A stretch of 33,213 nucleotides of DNA, taken from contig JYFJ02004296.1 of assembly GCA_000934665.2 (NCBI GenBank), positions 1 through 33,213 of the forward strand. Reading direction: 5' to 3'. Within the stretch, counting starts at the first letter, position 1. Each line of letters opens with the position of its first letter. Made by a program: the position numbers and the translations under genes. Below are positions 16,101 through 29,886 of the stretch, piece by piece. The notes beneath the pieces were generated by a model. It was given only the letters and a program-made list of their open reading frames with translations. It ran no database searches and was not told the DNA's origin. This DNA comes from Catajapyx aquilonaris (Eukaryota).

Positions 16101-19100
16101 TCAACAAAAATGTGCAATACTGTACAGTCACATAAATTCTTATACCCGTTTATATTAGGTAGTGGTAGTGAGGTGGATCAAACCCCATATAATGTCCATC
16201 CAGCTATGTAATTGATGGATGACCCCAGAGATCAGACTCCAATAACTTACTCTCCCTTCCTTGGATGGTGCCTGACAACATGAATAATCCTTCCTGGTGG
16301 ATAGAGCGGCTGGTGTACGGTCAGTGTCAGGTTACTGTCGCTTGGATGTATAGTGAGGTCACGCAAGTCTTGCAGTGACTTCTTTTGCTCTTCGTCCTCA
16401 TCTTCATCCTCTTCCGCCCGGCTGCCCCGCTTGCTCCGCTTGCTCCCTCTCTTTTGGCTGGCGACGTTTACCTCTGACCCTCGGCACGACCCACAGCATA
16501 GGAGGCTTTGGGCAATAGTCTTCCACTTGGACTCATGACTACGACGAATTGCATCGATCAAGTCAGCTCTGAGAGTCTCAAGCTGGTGTAGACCAATGCG
16601 CGGTACTACATCCTTGCCCACCACCACAGATGTAATGAATGACTTGGTATACTCCACTGCTGGGGTGCTACGGAAATAACAATCACACACTATGAATACA
16701 TGCCGACTATACACGAACGTAATAACGCCATGTGTCCTATGAGGTCACTTTTCTCTTCCTCGACTACGATTATCTTTCATAATTGATCCCCAGTGTGGTG
16801 TGTAATTTTGGTCCAAATAAGTGGCCCATAGCGCAAGTCTTTGGCCTGTTCTAAGACTAAAAATTCAATACTCAATTTTGTCTGGAAAGAATCATTATAC
16901 GGCGTGCAGTGGTAAGTTGTTTTTGGTTACGGTACGTTATTATTGGGTTTATAGGGAATATCTTGCAGGGCATATCTCGCCTCAAGCAGGGATGATATAA
17001 ACGAGTGATGCTCTACACAAGAAATTTCATTCCCACTGCCAAGGGTAACATAATCAAAATTTAATTGCCGTATGATGACTATTCCCAAACGCAAATGATA
17101 GAGATAAGACTATGACAAATCATTTTTTGGTGGTCTTAGAACAGTCCAAGAACTCACCTGACACCTCAATTTCGGGAGTTAAGGTGGGTTTATACTCCGC
17201 CATAAGGGGCACTACGGCAGCTTACGGCACGCCTGCTGCTGTATCGCCAGCGCACTACGGCATGAATTTCAACTCCCTACGGCCGCTGCAAAAGTTGAAC
17301 GAAATTCAACTTTTCAGCTACGTCATAAGGCCACTACGGCAAAAAAAAATGGTGGCTCCGCAAAGCGCCGCAATGCTTGCCGTATGTGTCCGAAAACTGG
17401 CTCATAAGGCATATTCCCGGAACGATTTGATTTTTGGCCAGCTAATATGATCATTGCCGAGACCCATGGACGTTTTTAGTATTAAAAAATTTAAGTCCAA
17501 AATCCGTGGCAGACCGGAGCTGCGGACACCTGGCGGACACCGCGAGTACTAGGAATCCGGCAATGCTCGACATACAGTCATGCATACAGTACACGTACAG
17601 TAGCTAGTATAAACCGCTTGCAGTAGCAGGCTCGCTTTCTTTACGGCGCTACTGATACTTCTCGCCCCTTACGGCGGAGTATAAACCCACCTTTACTGAC
17701 CACCCTGTAATACAGTACAGCATTTACTGTACGCTCTCCTTGACATATTCGATTCAAAAGTAAAGTATACTGTATAACCGTGTGCGGCATATGTAGTTAA
17801 GCGCATTGTAGTTTGGCCTTCCACTTCTGTACCAATTGTCCTTAAAATCTTTACGAGTACGCATATCACAAATCCGATGTACTGTACAGTACTGTTTCAC
17901 GGGGAGGTGCACATATTGCTATTGTTCCTGCTGAATTACATGGTAGGCTACCCGAGAATGCTATTAATGTCAAGGTGCCGCCATGGACAGAGGGTGTACT
18001 CCCGCATAATAATGACCCAGTGATACGATTGTGCATACTCTATATACGCATTAATTTAAAGGCATTAGACACGCGGCCATGATTCGAATGAAACGTCGGC
18101 TCTCTATACAGTATAACATACTTACATTAATGTTACGTGAATCACTCCAAAACTTCATAAAAACACATGTGGAAAGCTGCATATTTCGACTAGAGGAGTC
18201 TAGAGGAGAACCGGAGAACCTACAGGTTCTCCGGTTCTCCTCTAGACTTTACCACGACAAGTATGAACTCTACTGTAAGTTTCATTAATTACAGGTTCAT
18301 TCATATGGAAATTACTTGCTGGCATTAATTATGCAATCATTCCCCAAAAACTCTCTGATCCTATCAGTGAACATAATAAACGTAGATGGCCTTCATTTTT
18401 ATCCAAAATTGAACGTTACACTGTTCCGATCGAGATTACCATAATAACAGATTACCTTAGGAGTCCTCCAGGGGGCGAGTAGGCGTAGCAGATGAGGTTT
18501 GGATATTCTTGCCTAAGAAGTATAGCCAAGATGGCGGCGGTACCTGCACCAAGAGAGTGCCCGACCAGGACCAGGTCGAAGTCTTGTGTCTCCCGGTCCT
18601 TATTGTGATTAAAAGCCTGGGACAAGATTCCCTCGTCCTGGATCTTCTTGCGGATGTACTCTGCCGCTTGCACCATACCCTGATGGCAAACAGAAGAGCG
18701 ATTCGCGATTACAAATAATCTCATCAAGCTGTCCCACAATTGTCAGGTTTGTGGCTCTCGACCATTCCTCAGCCCATCACTTGGGAGTGACCTTGGATTT
18801 CTGTGTCTTGGTATTCAAATGATTCTAATTGCTATGGGAGAACCAGTTCATTACGAAGATAATTAAATTGGTTTTCCCTCCACTCATTGGTAATATGGGT
18901 CATCCTGGGCTCAAGAAGACCCACGTTGCAATGTTGTTTGGGGAGTCACCATGCACACAGGATGACTCTTATCAGGGTATTAGCTGGAGCAGTGGTGTAG
19001 CTAAACTGAGATCGATTACATTTTCGATTGTGAGGAGGAAAGGTGCAGTGCAGCTTCCTTATCAAGGATTCCAGTCTGGTATATGCCATACCCGACATCC

Positions 19101-22100
19101 CCACATCGATTGCTACTTCCCCCCACAATCGACAATAAAATCACCTGGCGATGGCGGGGGAAATGTCGCTTCAGCTATTCACTGGTCGCATAAGTGCGAA
19201 CTTACCCTGAATGTAACCTTTGTTTTGGGTAATTAATTTTGAATAAGCGTAAATAAACTTAAACCTGTGGATGCATTATTTCCCCCAAGTCCCCGGTTCA
19301 AAAGGAAGGTAAGTGAAGAAGTTTTATGGATTGTTTACTCCATCAGCTAGTTCAAAGAGAAGAAACTTGATAGAATCAAGAATTTGAACCCCAATTCACT
19401 TATAATGATTGTAGCTTCTCTTTGTACTAGTTGTAAGAATGAACAATCGATAACTGTTTACTTCCCCCGTTTTGAACAGTGGACTTGGGGACCCTGTACA
19501 GACGAATAATACAATAGATTGTATATTATAATATCATATTGTTGAACGTAAATACGTAGTCAAATTATTTCAATCATTTCACTGCGAATTTATACAGTCA
19601 TCTTTGGAGCCTCCCTGAGGACTGAGGCGTTTGAAGTGTGAGAATTGTTGCATCTGTGCCATTGTTACGCACGTCAATACGCGGGGAAAGCGTCTGGAAA
19701 TTCAATGTCGCCAAAAGTGAAAGCCATAGTTGAATTATTTCTACTGGGAACCAAAATTTTGCATCCAGAGCACTTTTTTTATGCGCGTGGGATTCCACAA
19801 TGGTCGGAATGACATAACCTAAATTCAATTATCATGCATCACATCATTAATGAAGCGATTTCATCACAGGTCGTCAGGTTGTGTCAGCCCGTGTTATACA
19901 ATCAGCACGGGGGATAACGCAGATAGCAGTTAAAGCAGGGTAGAAATTTTCGGTCAGTTAGCACCGTTCACATCTGTACGTACCGGTACCATTAATCATA
20001 ATATTTTGTTAAATATTTTAAATGAGCAAATGAACAAAATTAAAATTTGGCCACCCATAATCATTTGCTAAGTTACATAACACAATAGCGTCCTATATAT
20101 TCAATTTTTAGTCAAATTGAACGACTGCAAAGTGTCCTACATACTATAGGACGCTATCGTGTTATGTAACTTAGCAAATGATTATGGCTGGCCAAATTTT
20201 TATTTAACATGTCACACTGTGTTAGTCCGGTTGCCAACTTTCATCATCCTTAGTTTCGGCTCATAGGAGTGTGCAGGACATACGAAAAAAAAAATACAAC
20301 GAAATAGCCTCTAACCTTTTCCCAGCCATTTANCAGCCATTTATTCAACCAACAGCCCCTTCTGGCAGATTCCGCTCCCTGCACTTTTCCCGCCACTTGA
20401 AACACCGGTCGTGTAGTTAGACAGTTGGGTGCGAATGGGGTATAATCCGGTTCCAAAGCAATCGATACTTGAAATAGGTTTGGCATTGGTCGCATAATAA
20501 AATCCCGAAGCTGCTGATGGCTCTCCCTCGGGAATGGAAAAAAAAAGTCTATAGAGTCTTATACGCCTGGAGTCTATAGGTTAGGTTATGCCCCCGTGAC
20601 ATTTGGGTTTTCCTTGTGTTTACCCCCTCGAACCATTTCCAACTGAGTACGGACGTCAAGCTGTTGCATCCGCTGCCGTCAGACAGACTTAGCGTACCAT
20701 GATTTACTCATAATGCTTCTAATGCCTTTTCTAAAATAGCGCGGGCTTAACGATTAACCGACCCTGAGGCTTTGGAATGACCATAATTATGGGAGTAATT
20801 ATGATCTATGATGGAGGGGGTCATTTTCTCACTTTTTACATCATCAGAATTGATTGCCAAGTTTCTTGGACAATCAGGACACGTTCTTATGGGGATGATC
20901 CGCTCGACAAAAAGTTTGTGCTTGACTGATTACCTGGGTAACGGCTTTGACAAGGTCTGAATTATTCACTCGGGGAAATGGCGACAAAAGCGATACCATA
21001 GCCCGTTAGACTACCCTTTGCAATCTATGTTGATTTACGGGGGTATGTGCCGGCTGAACAAAGCCTTTCAACTTTATCAGACACTAATAGTCGGCAGCAG
21101 CATTCGAGCGTTTTTTTTTTTTTTTTTTTTTTTTGAAGAAAAAGCAGGTAATGGAAATGAAGGATGACGCCCTGTATTTTATGCCAGGACTCTTTTTATT
21201 TACCTATAACGTTACAGCCGTCATGGTTTTTGTCGCCTGATTAATACATCCCGTCATGATCGGCGTGGGGTACAGGTTTTGGCGCCACTTTTCCGACCGT
21301 GACGCGTATCTTGATACCCCTTTGACCAGGACATGTCAGCCTCTGGTTACACAGCTCTCTCGAAATCAGATCCAAATTCGATTTCATCCAATTTAGACAC
21401 GCTTTGTGCTCGCCTACCAGCCCGCAAATTAAACCCGTATTAGCTATGCTGTAGGAGTCCACCATCCGCTTGTCCACTACTCAGGGACGTCAGTGTAATG
21501 CTTGTCGCTTTGTATACATAGATGGGGTGTGTTTTTGCCATTTTTAAGTGCTGATTGCTATTTGTGAGCGTGAGTGCAGGTATTATCCTAGTGTTACCAA
21601 GTACTCGTTGTTACGGACCGGACAAAAGCGACAAAAGCATGCCAATTACATGTGACGTGTATCCAAATTGACACCTGTTTAGGAATTTATTAGCATATTT
21701 TATGCAATAAGATTGAGAGCGTTCACATTCATAATCCGCAATTTTAAGTGTCGCAAGTACGTACACTGCATATAATATATGCGCGCGGAAACAACAATAT
21801 ATTTGGCTAGTACGTATCATGTACTGCCATGAAAAATATTGCTCATTTCCGCCTACCGCTATTGCTAGGCCCGTAAATGATTTACTGATTATTACTGCAG
21901 CACGCTAAATTGTCGGATATACGGTCGTCGAGTAGCGGTTAAAAAGGACGTCCGTGCGTATAAGTTCTATGGTCTGATCCCAGGAACAGTATTCGCTTGG
22001 TCGGACCCTTTCCGTTTTTGATCGGACATGTCCTGGAAATATACTCTTGCACTAGTCCTTGTCTACTCAGGGTCGAACATAGAGACAAGAAAGAGACAAA

Positions 22101-25100
22101 TGAAAGGGTGTAACTGAAAGGGACTATATATGACGTTGGCAAAACAAGTTTTGTCAGAGTAATCGATAGTAGGCTAACGGATGTAGGCCTATATACACTG
22201 GCCCAAACAAGGCCGCTGGTTTCAGTTTTTGTCTTGTTCAATGCCGGATCTGCGGGACCTTCACAGACAATGCTCAATAGACGAATTGTGGGGGGTGGAG
22301 AGGCTATATTTCAGCGATGAACAACTGTAGTACGCTGTACTGAATTGTGATCACTCAAATGTATGGAAAGTTGCATGCAGTAGTATTGAATAATACTATC
22401 AGTTATTAATATTGAACAAACCTTGTGTCCTAGCCACTCTTCTTTCACGGGGGTCAAAGGTAGAGGTTCACCTTCGGCATTAAGATCAGTCACTATATCC
22501 TGAAAATAATTGGCAATTAGAACGCTTCCTATACAGTTGTAGGAAGTGCGATGGACCAAATAAGAAGAAAAAGGTCTTTGTTATCAAAGTTTTTCCAATA
22601 CAATACCTTCATGGACAGTGTTCCACGGATGCTAACAACGATCTTTCGACGTCCGTAGTCAACCCCAACGAAAAATGGCGTCTCTCCAACATCCACGTGG
22701 TAAGTGACATACACAATGTCGACTTCCCCCACAGCACACATTTTATGCAAGGCTGCAAAGTTGCAGAGGCAGCAGTTGTCGTCAACTATTTCGGCCTCGT
22801 TGCTACCCCGATGACTGCACAGTGGTATGCAGCAACATCTGCATAAGATACAGTATAGTGTACCTACATGACAACACATTATTACACATGTCACCTGAAA
22901 GTACGACCTTGATTGTCTCGCAATTAAAAGTAAAGAAACAAATGGCTTAATTCAGACTAAATCCGCTTCCCTTTTCTCTTCCCTTTCACCCGGATTTCAT
23001 CCACTTGGTCCCTCAGGGGCTGGAATTTTAATCAAGAGAACAGTCAAAGAAGTCGTATCTCTATCCAGGCACCGGAGATGAAACCCGGAGTGAGATGTCT
23101 CCCGGAAGGAAATGTCAGAAGGGTTGGGAGTAGAAGAGGCGTAAAAAAAAGAGGTTTCGCCGGGAGGTCAATGCACACCATCCCGGCCATCTCCCATCTT
23201 TTTTTTCGGTGGTTTCTATCCGCCATTTCAGAGGGGGACAAGAACTTGCAGACATTTATTTCCGGCTGAAATATTTTGCCATGAATAACAGGCATTATAT
23301 GGTGAACCCGGGTTTCGAGTATATTTATGTGGCAAGTCGAGCTAATTACTTTGAGGAACGGCTTATGGCATGATGCATAACGTAGTAACGCGGTATTTCC
23401 ACGAGCCAAGTCAAATGGTGGTAACGGAAAAGAAGTGCGTCATAACTCTTGATGAAAGTTGCTTTATTGTCATTTATGCCTCGGGATTTTCACATTCAAT
23501 CGATGGAGTAACCGAGTGATGCCTGGTGGACATCAAGTTAACGACACTCTCCGTCTGTCTTCTATTTTAATTTAGAAGGAACATTAATTTTTCAGAGGCA
23601 TCCTTGAAGTTTCATTCTCTCGTCCCGCTTGTTTTATTGTTGTTGTATTTCTTCGATCGACATCCATTGCACCACATAGAGCGGATGCTGCGATGGGTGG
23701 GAGTAATCTTATCTGGTTGAATCCTTCTCCTAAGCTCCACCCCCACTTCATCCCCTCCAAGCCCAGGCCCAGGCCCAGCCCTACACCCCCTTTTTCCGGA
23801 ACCAAGTTCCCCTTGACCCCTGACATTTTCCTCCAACTTTGCAACGGCGCCCTTTTCGACTATTCGGCCTCTGAAAAGCCCAACCCGCTTCTGGAAACCT
23901 GACATAAAGCCCAGGGTTTAGCATTTCGCAGCAGGAAGAATAAGAAGGGGGAGAGGGGGGGGGTGCGTGTCGCAACTCTATTTTAGCATAGTGTAATTCC
24001 GGATTTTGGAGTTAAAGCCTTACTTGTTTACCATTGGGAGTTGTAGCGAACTGCTTGTTTCTGTGCTCTGCGAATGTTTCAATAAACTAAATTGTTTGGG
24101 AACTAAGCGTCGGCCTTTTTGTGAGTCGGTGAAATGTTTTACACATCCTGTGAGTTAGGTGATTTGGTGTACCGGATCGGCACTTAGGTTGCACGACCTT
24201 CAGGATTATTGCAGGAGGCTCCTATTCCCAGCGGCGGTATTTGAAAAGGAAAAAAAAGACCGTGTGCGAGGCGAGGCCTAAACGTGATCTGATTTGCTGC
24301 GTATTTATTTCTGAGTGTCAATTCTTTCTAACAGTATCCAAAAGAAAGTCGTGAATGTCACAAGAATGGGGCTTGTTATGAGATTGAAAAAAAGAAAGAG
24401 AGGAAGGAATTATAACTATACACCGATAATTTGTAAGGTTTTGTTTGAACATGCATAGAAAGTTATTAAAAGTGAACATAGTAATTAAGGTCTGGTTTCA
24501 CCACCGCCAGTAAACATATTCAGCTGGAGAGGAGCCAGAAACGTTTGCTATTAAATGTTGGCAACAATGAATACCAACCTTTCCAGACGTATCGTACATT
24601 AGAATGTCGAAAAGTTTAACGCTAATATCTTCATTGCTTCATCAGAAGGAGAAAAGCTACGGAATCTCTCTAAAATTAAATTCGAGAGAGAATATAGCGC
24701 AAGTAAAAGGAATAGTCCTTATTCCCGAATTAGGAGGGGATTTAGGCATCAGAACTTCTAGAAGTCAAAACCCGGGATTATTGACAACCAAACTTGGAAC
24801 TTGACATTTTTTTATGGGTTTGCATCCCTTTTTCTTGAAAAGTTGTCGCTTCTCTCCTTCTTATACTGCAATCGTAATATTGGCTTCGAGCAATTACACC
24901 CTTTGAAATACCTGCGACAATGCCTTCGACACTCATCCGTTGTAAACTCGCCCGTTATTTATATTCTTGGCAAATTGCACAAATATTTCAAAGGTTTCAT
25001 TGTTTACACACTGACAGTATACTACAAACAACTAAATGCCATATATTACTATGGCACTAAAAAACTGTTGAATAGTGCTGATACGGAGTGTACCCATGAA

Positions 25101-28100
25101 CAGATGTGAGAGCAGCATGCATATACAAAGTCGGGCTATAAATCTATAGATGGCGGACAACATCCAGATGGCTGAGCTTACTTGAGGTGAGGGCAAAGCT
25201 TGCACATGCCCGTGACCGAGTTGGTCATCATGTACATCGGCCACCCGTAGGCTGCAAGGGCATAGTGCATGTAATGGACCACGGCTTTGAACTCTTCCAG
25301 TCCTTCAGGGCTGTTCAGCGCCACAAATTTCGTGGCGGGAGTCACCGCAACTCCCGACAGGAATTGATAAGTGTCGTTCTTGTGCTGCCAAAGCCAATGC
25401 CAAGGTGGAGAAAAAGTGCAAATTGTGTCTCGGGCCTTTCAGAACCATGCTATTTCTTTCACCCCATTGTTGCTATCGAATTTGTGCTCCAACATCAAAG
25501 TCCAAAATAATATGTACAGTTTCATGCTATCTAATGCCTGGTGTGTGAAAGGCCCTTTTCATATCACATTCATTTTCATCAATAAACATTCACATATAAT
25601 TAATGGGTTAAAACTGAAAAGTGGGCCAGTAATGAATCAAAGGATGCCTCCAAATGATGGCCTTGTACACTATGGAATCTGACAGTAATCTACCTGTTGA
25701 GAACGCCACTTGCAATGTATTTGGAGATTATAATGTCATTTGAAATATGGCGCAGTACGGTAACTACGGGCTATAAGCTGACAAGGTCCAGAACGCCATG
25801 TCATGCGTTAAGCTTAGGAGGCATCTTTTGGTTTTAAAAAATAAATAACAGGCCCAGGGCACTGCAATATGGTGAATACTAATTACTGGTTCTTATCCTT
25901 ATGATGAAAAACCTTCCCAGACTTCCACCCTCTTAAACTGACAAGATACAGTATTTAGCTACACAGTACACAATAAGCAATTATCTACAAAATCTGATGT
26001 GCTTTTACATACGGTATTTTTATGTAAGGCCTATCCAAAGAATTCCGATGGAGGTTTATGCGTCAGAATAAAATTTCATACTGTACAAGTATTGCGTCAA
26101 GTACTGTACGAGTACCTTCAGACGTAAAGGGGAACTCCACGTACGTACTACCCAGCATGAGTATGAAAAAATTATGAAACTTTCACACTTTCCCCTCCCT
26201 CCTTCACTTTCGTAAACTACTCCCATGTGCATTAAATCCTTTATCTTTATTTAATACGTCAAGGACTCCCCGTAGCTCAGCTGAATACTCATCATCCTGT
26301 AGCTCAGCTATATCTTTATCTTAGGACACAACCCATTGAATTTTGATATACGGTATTGTGTGACCAATCTGTTTATTATTAACCCCTCGGCCCCAGATCG
26401 GCCCGAACCACACAGTTTTTGGCTTACGCGTACTCCGAAGATACGGACAAGATATTTTCCAAATAATAACAGCTATACTTACGAGATCTGGGAAAACCCC
26501 ATGAATGTATCTGGAACAATTTTACTCGTCTAGAAGTCCCTAAATTAATTTCCAAAAAAGGGCTATAATAACTCGAAATTGGACTACTGCCGCCCAACTT
26601 TTAGGCTGATTTAATTATGAAATGCGTGAAAATATGCGGAATAAAAACCTTGAGAACCATGCCAGACGAATTTGCTGAAATCGTCGTACTTTGCGAGAAA
26701 TAAATTAATATTTATTTGCGGCTTTCTAGCACTTAGGAAAACTCCTAAATGAGTATGAGATGAATTTTCTGAAATCGTCGTACTCCATGAGAAACAAATT
26801 TTGGACCTGTTCAAGGTTATCCTGGCAAAGAAAGGCCACCCACATGGCTCAATGATTCGTGTCATTAGATGGAGAAAGAGTTCGCCCTTGCTTTGCCAAC
26901 GAACGCCATCCTGAGTCCGCCCCTCGCTCCTGTCTCTCTTTTAGGGGAGAGTGAGAGAGAGGAAAGGGAGAGAGGGAGAGATACGCGATTGGGCAAACGC
27001 GTGATATCTCGATGGGGCTTGCATTTCGCATATTGGTTCCCTGAGGCGGCATTTGTCTCCCACGAATATTCTTACAACATTTTTACGGGGTAAAAACCAC
27101 ACGAGTTTTCGTGCCTCTAAATCAACTAATAAAACAGTTCACCACGTGACAACATGTTTTGAATCCTATACCAAGGCCGCTAGGTAGCAACCCCTGCCAC
27201 ATCAAAGATACACAGTCAGTGGCGAACACAGCGGCCTTTGGCGTAAACCTAGGTGCATAGATTATACACTACAAGATGCGCAAGAGGTTGCCGTTTAGGT
27301 AGCGGGGCTACTCAGGGTAACCTTGAATCGGTCCTTTGGGAGTTTTCCGAAGTTTTCCGAAGTGCCAGAAAGCCGCAAATAAGTAGTAATTTATTTCTCG
27401 CAAAGCACGACGATTTCAGCAAATACCTCTGGTATGGTTCTCAAGGTTGTTATTCCGCATATTTTCACGCATTTCACAATTAAATCAGCCTAAAAGTTGG
27501 GCGGCAGTAGTCCAATTTCGAGTTATTATAGCCCTTTTTTGGAAATTAATTTAGGGACTTCTAGACGAGTAAAATTGTTCCAGACATATTCATAGGGTTT
27601 TCCCAGATCTCGTAAGTATAGCTGTTATTATTTGCAAAATATCATGCCCGTATCTTCGGAGTACGCGTAAGCCAAAAACTGTGTGGTTCGGGTCGATCTG
27701 GGGCCGAAGGGGTTAATCACGAGTGGTCAAATATGCAAAATAGCATAAGGTACCCTGTTTGTGCCCTTTAACGCAAATATTAACGTGCATCGTAGTCCTG
27801 ACAACACATCAGATGAAATACGGAAATTAAAGCGTAATACTGTATGACAATAGCTGTGGTAGTGCTGAAAGCTAATGTGGTGAAAAAACCTGTCTACAGT
27901 AGCAGAATATGAAGACAAACCTTTACACTTTTTACTTTAGTTCATAGTACAGTACACTAGACATACAGGTTATGTAGTTTAACTATACACGTGTCAGTAA
28001 GGAAAGAACGAAAACCTAAACATTTACCTCTTTAACAATGGCTTCCCTGCTGTCTTTTTGGGCCTTCCGCAAGAGGACCAATCCGGCGACCACGTCGGAT

Positions 28101-29832
28101 GGAACCACGTCCAAATCCCGGAAAAATTCGGACAACAGACGTGCGATGTCCGCAAATGAATTCTGAATGCCGACATAATGAATGAGACGCCAAAATTTAT
28201 GAGATGTCACCCTCTATTACCAGAAAAGTAGGCCAACTGTATGACTGCGGGCACTAACTTGTTACTTCATACATTATGTACAGTACTTGCCACTAAATGG
28301 TGGTATAATTCCTGCGTCATGACTCATGTACCACATTCACAGAAGATACAAAATAACTAAATTGTCCGCAATAATATTTGGCCAATTTTATTGTACTTGG
28401 TACAAAGCATATGCATGTGATCACAGTTAAAACTCACAAGGGAACTTCACATACTGTGAATGGATTTGCTGAGTGAACTGCTCCCTCCGATCTCGGCTCA
28501 GATAATAAGCAAATCCACGGCCAAAAATGCAGAAATTTTTATGTAATGGTTTTCAATGGCGCTGATTTCAGATTCGATGTCAAAAATTAAAAATTAAAAA
28601 TGGCAGATCCGATATGGCAGACAGCATGTGCGAGAATTGGACAGGTATACAGTATTAGCGTCAAAATTAGTTTACGGGGACTTTAGAGGGCTCTGATTTC
28701 AAATTCAATGTAAAAAGTTACAATTTGTCAAAGTGGCGCGATGTGTTATCCGGATATGCCCTGATGCTACCGCCGATTTTTTGGGGGAGGAAGGGGGAGG
28801 GATACAGCTCCAGAGGAGGGCCCGTACTCTTCAGTGGTTCTTATTTATGATGCAAAGAAATGCAGATACCGGTACGGCAAGGTGATCAATGGATTCCTCG
28901 CACTTTTCTTCTCTAGAGCATCTCTATACTGCTATCACAACCACTTCGAATTCGCAGAGTTATTACGCAGTGTAACCCGGTGCAGAAATGAGTGTCCTCA
29001 AAACTTTGGTTCGTTACCGTGTTTGTTCTCGCTCCTCTGGCGCTATCGAATGATATATTTGCGTCGGATTTGTGGCAAAATTCAGCCCTCTGTACCTGGA
29101 ACTGGAGAGAAAAAAACAGAATCCCGAAGGTTTTCCACCAGCATGGAAAATCCCAATGAAAGTTTTTAAAAATCGTCCGAACTTTGGTTCGTTACAGCAA
29201 AAATGCCCATATATGTTTTCGACAACTTAGAATTCATATTTGCAGTCAAAAATGCAAAAAGAGACGTCCCTAAAAAGTTTTCGGATTATTTTAGAAGGTC
29301 CACTTACCTACCTGCTATAAGCCCCAGGCGGGTAGATTAGGAATGTGGTCTTTCTTATCTGCCTCGGCCTTCGTGGACTGCCCAAACCCGTGCACTGTTG
29401 CAATTTAGAGCTCTGCTGATCAGAGTAATGAGCCCTTTTCAATGATGTAATACAATGTCTGCATTTTTGAGGGCAATATCTGAAACGTCGCTCGTAAGGT
29501 ACGATATCCTGGATGACTTCGAGAGGTCATAACTTTTCACCTTGTAGCGCTCCGCTGAAACTGTTTGCATTTTGGTGAATTACTTACCTTCCTCTATTAT
29601 TGTGCAAGTTTCATTCAGCAAGTCCCTTCACACATTCGTGAAGTTACCTTGTCAGTATTGGTGTCATTTATAATAACATGCAATAATGATTATTAATGAA
29701 ATTAATCATGCGCTCCATATACAGTGTTTCTCTGCTCAATTTGTTGATCCGGATTTGGAGTACAATGCAGGGAAGAGTTGATGGATTAGTCACCCCTGGC
29801 GATGTAAACATAGTTGAAATGACTAATCCATC

Positions 29833-29886
<54 letters not shown>

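Noticed and set aside
22839..22894. Alternative upstream acceptor (ctttcag|GTGA) extending a DAGL exon
   Set aside because: In the required phase it gives an immediate TGA
26272..26310. gtagctcagct direct repeat resembling a Pol III A box or C/D snoRNA boxes
   Set aside because: No B box, and box spacing is too short for a snoRNA
26611..27483. Two ORFs with near-identical C-termini (...SAYFHAFHN) on opposite strands
   Set aside because: Mirror translations of the TIRs of the piggyBac-like element, not genes
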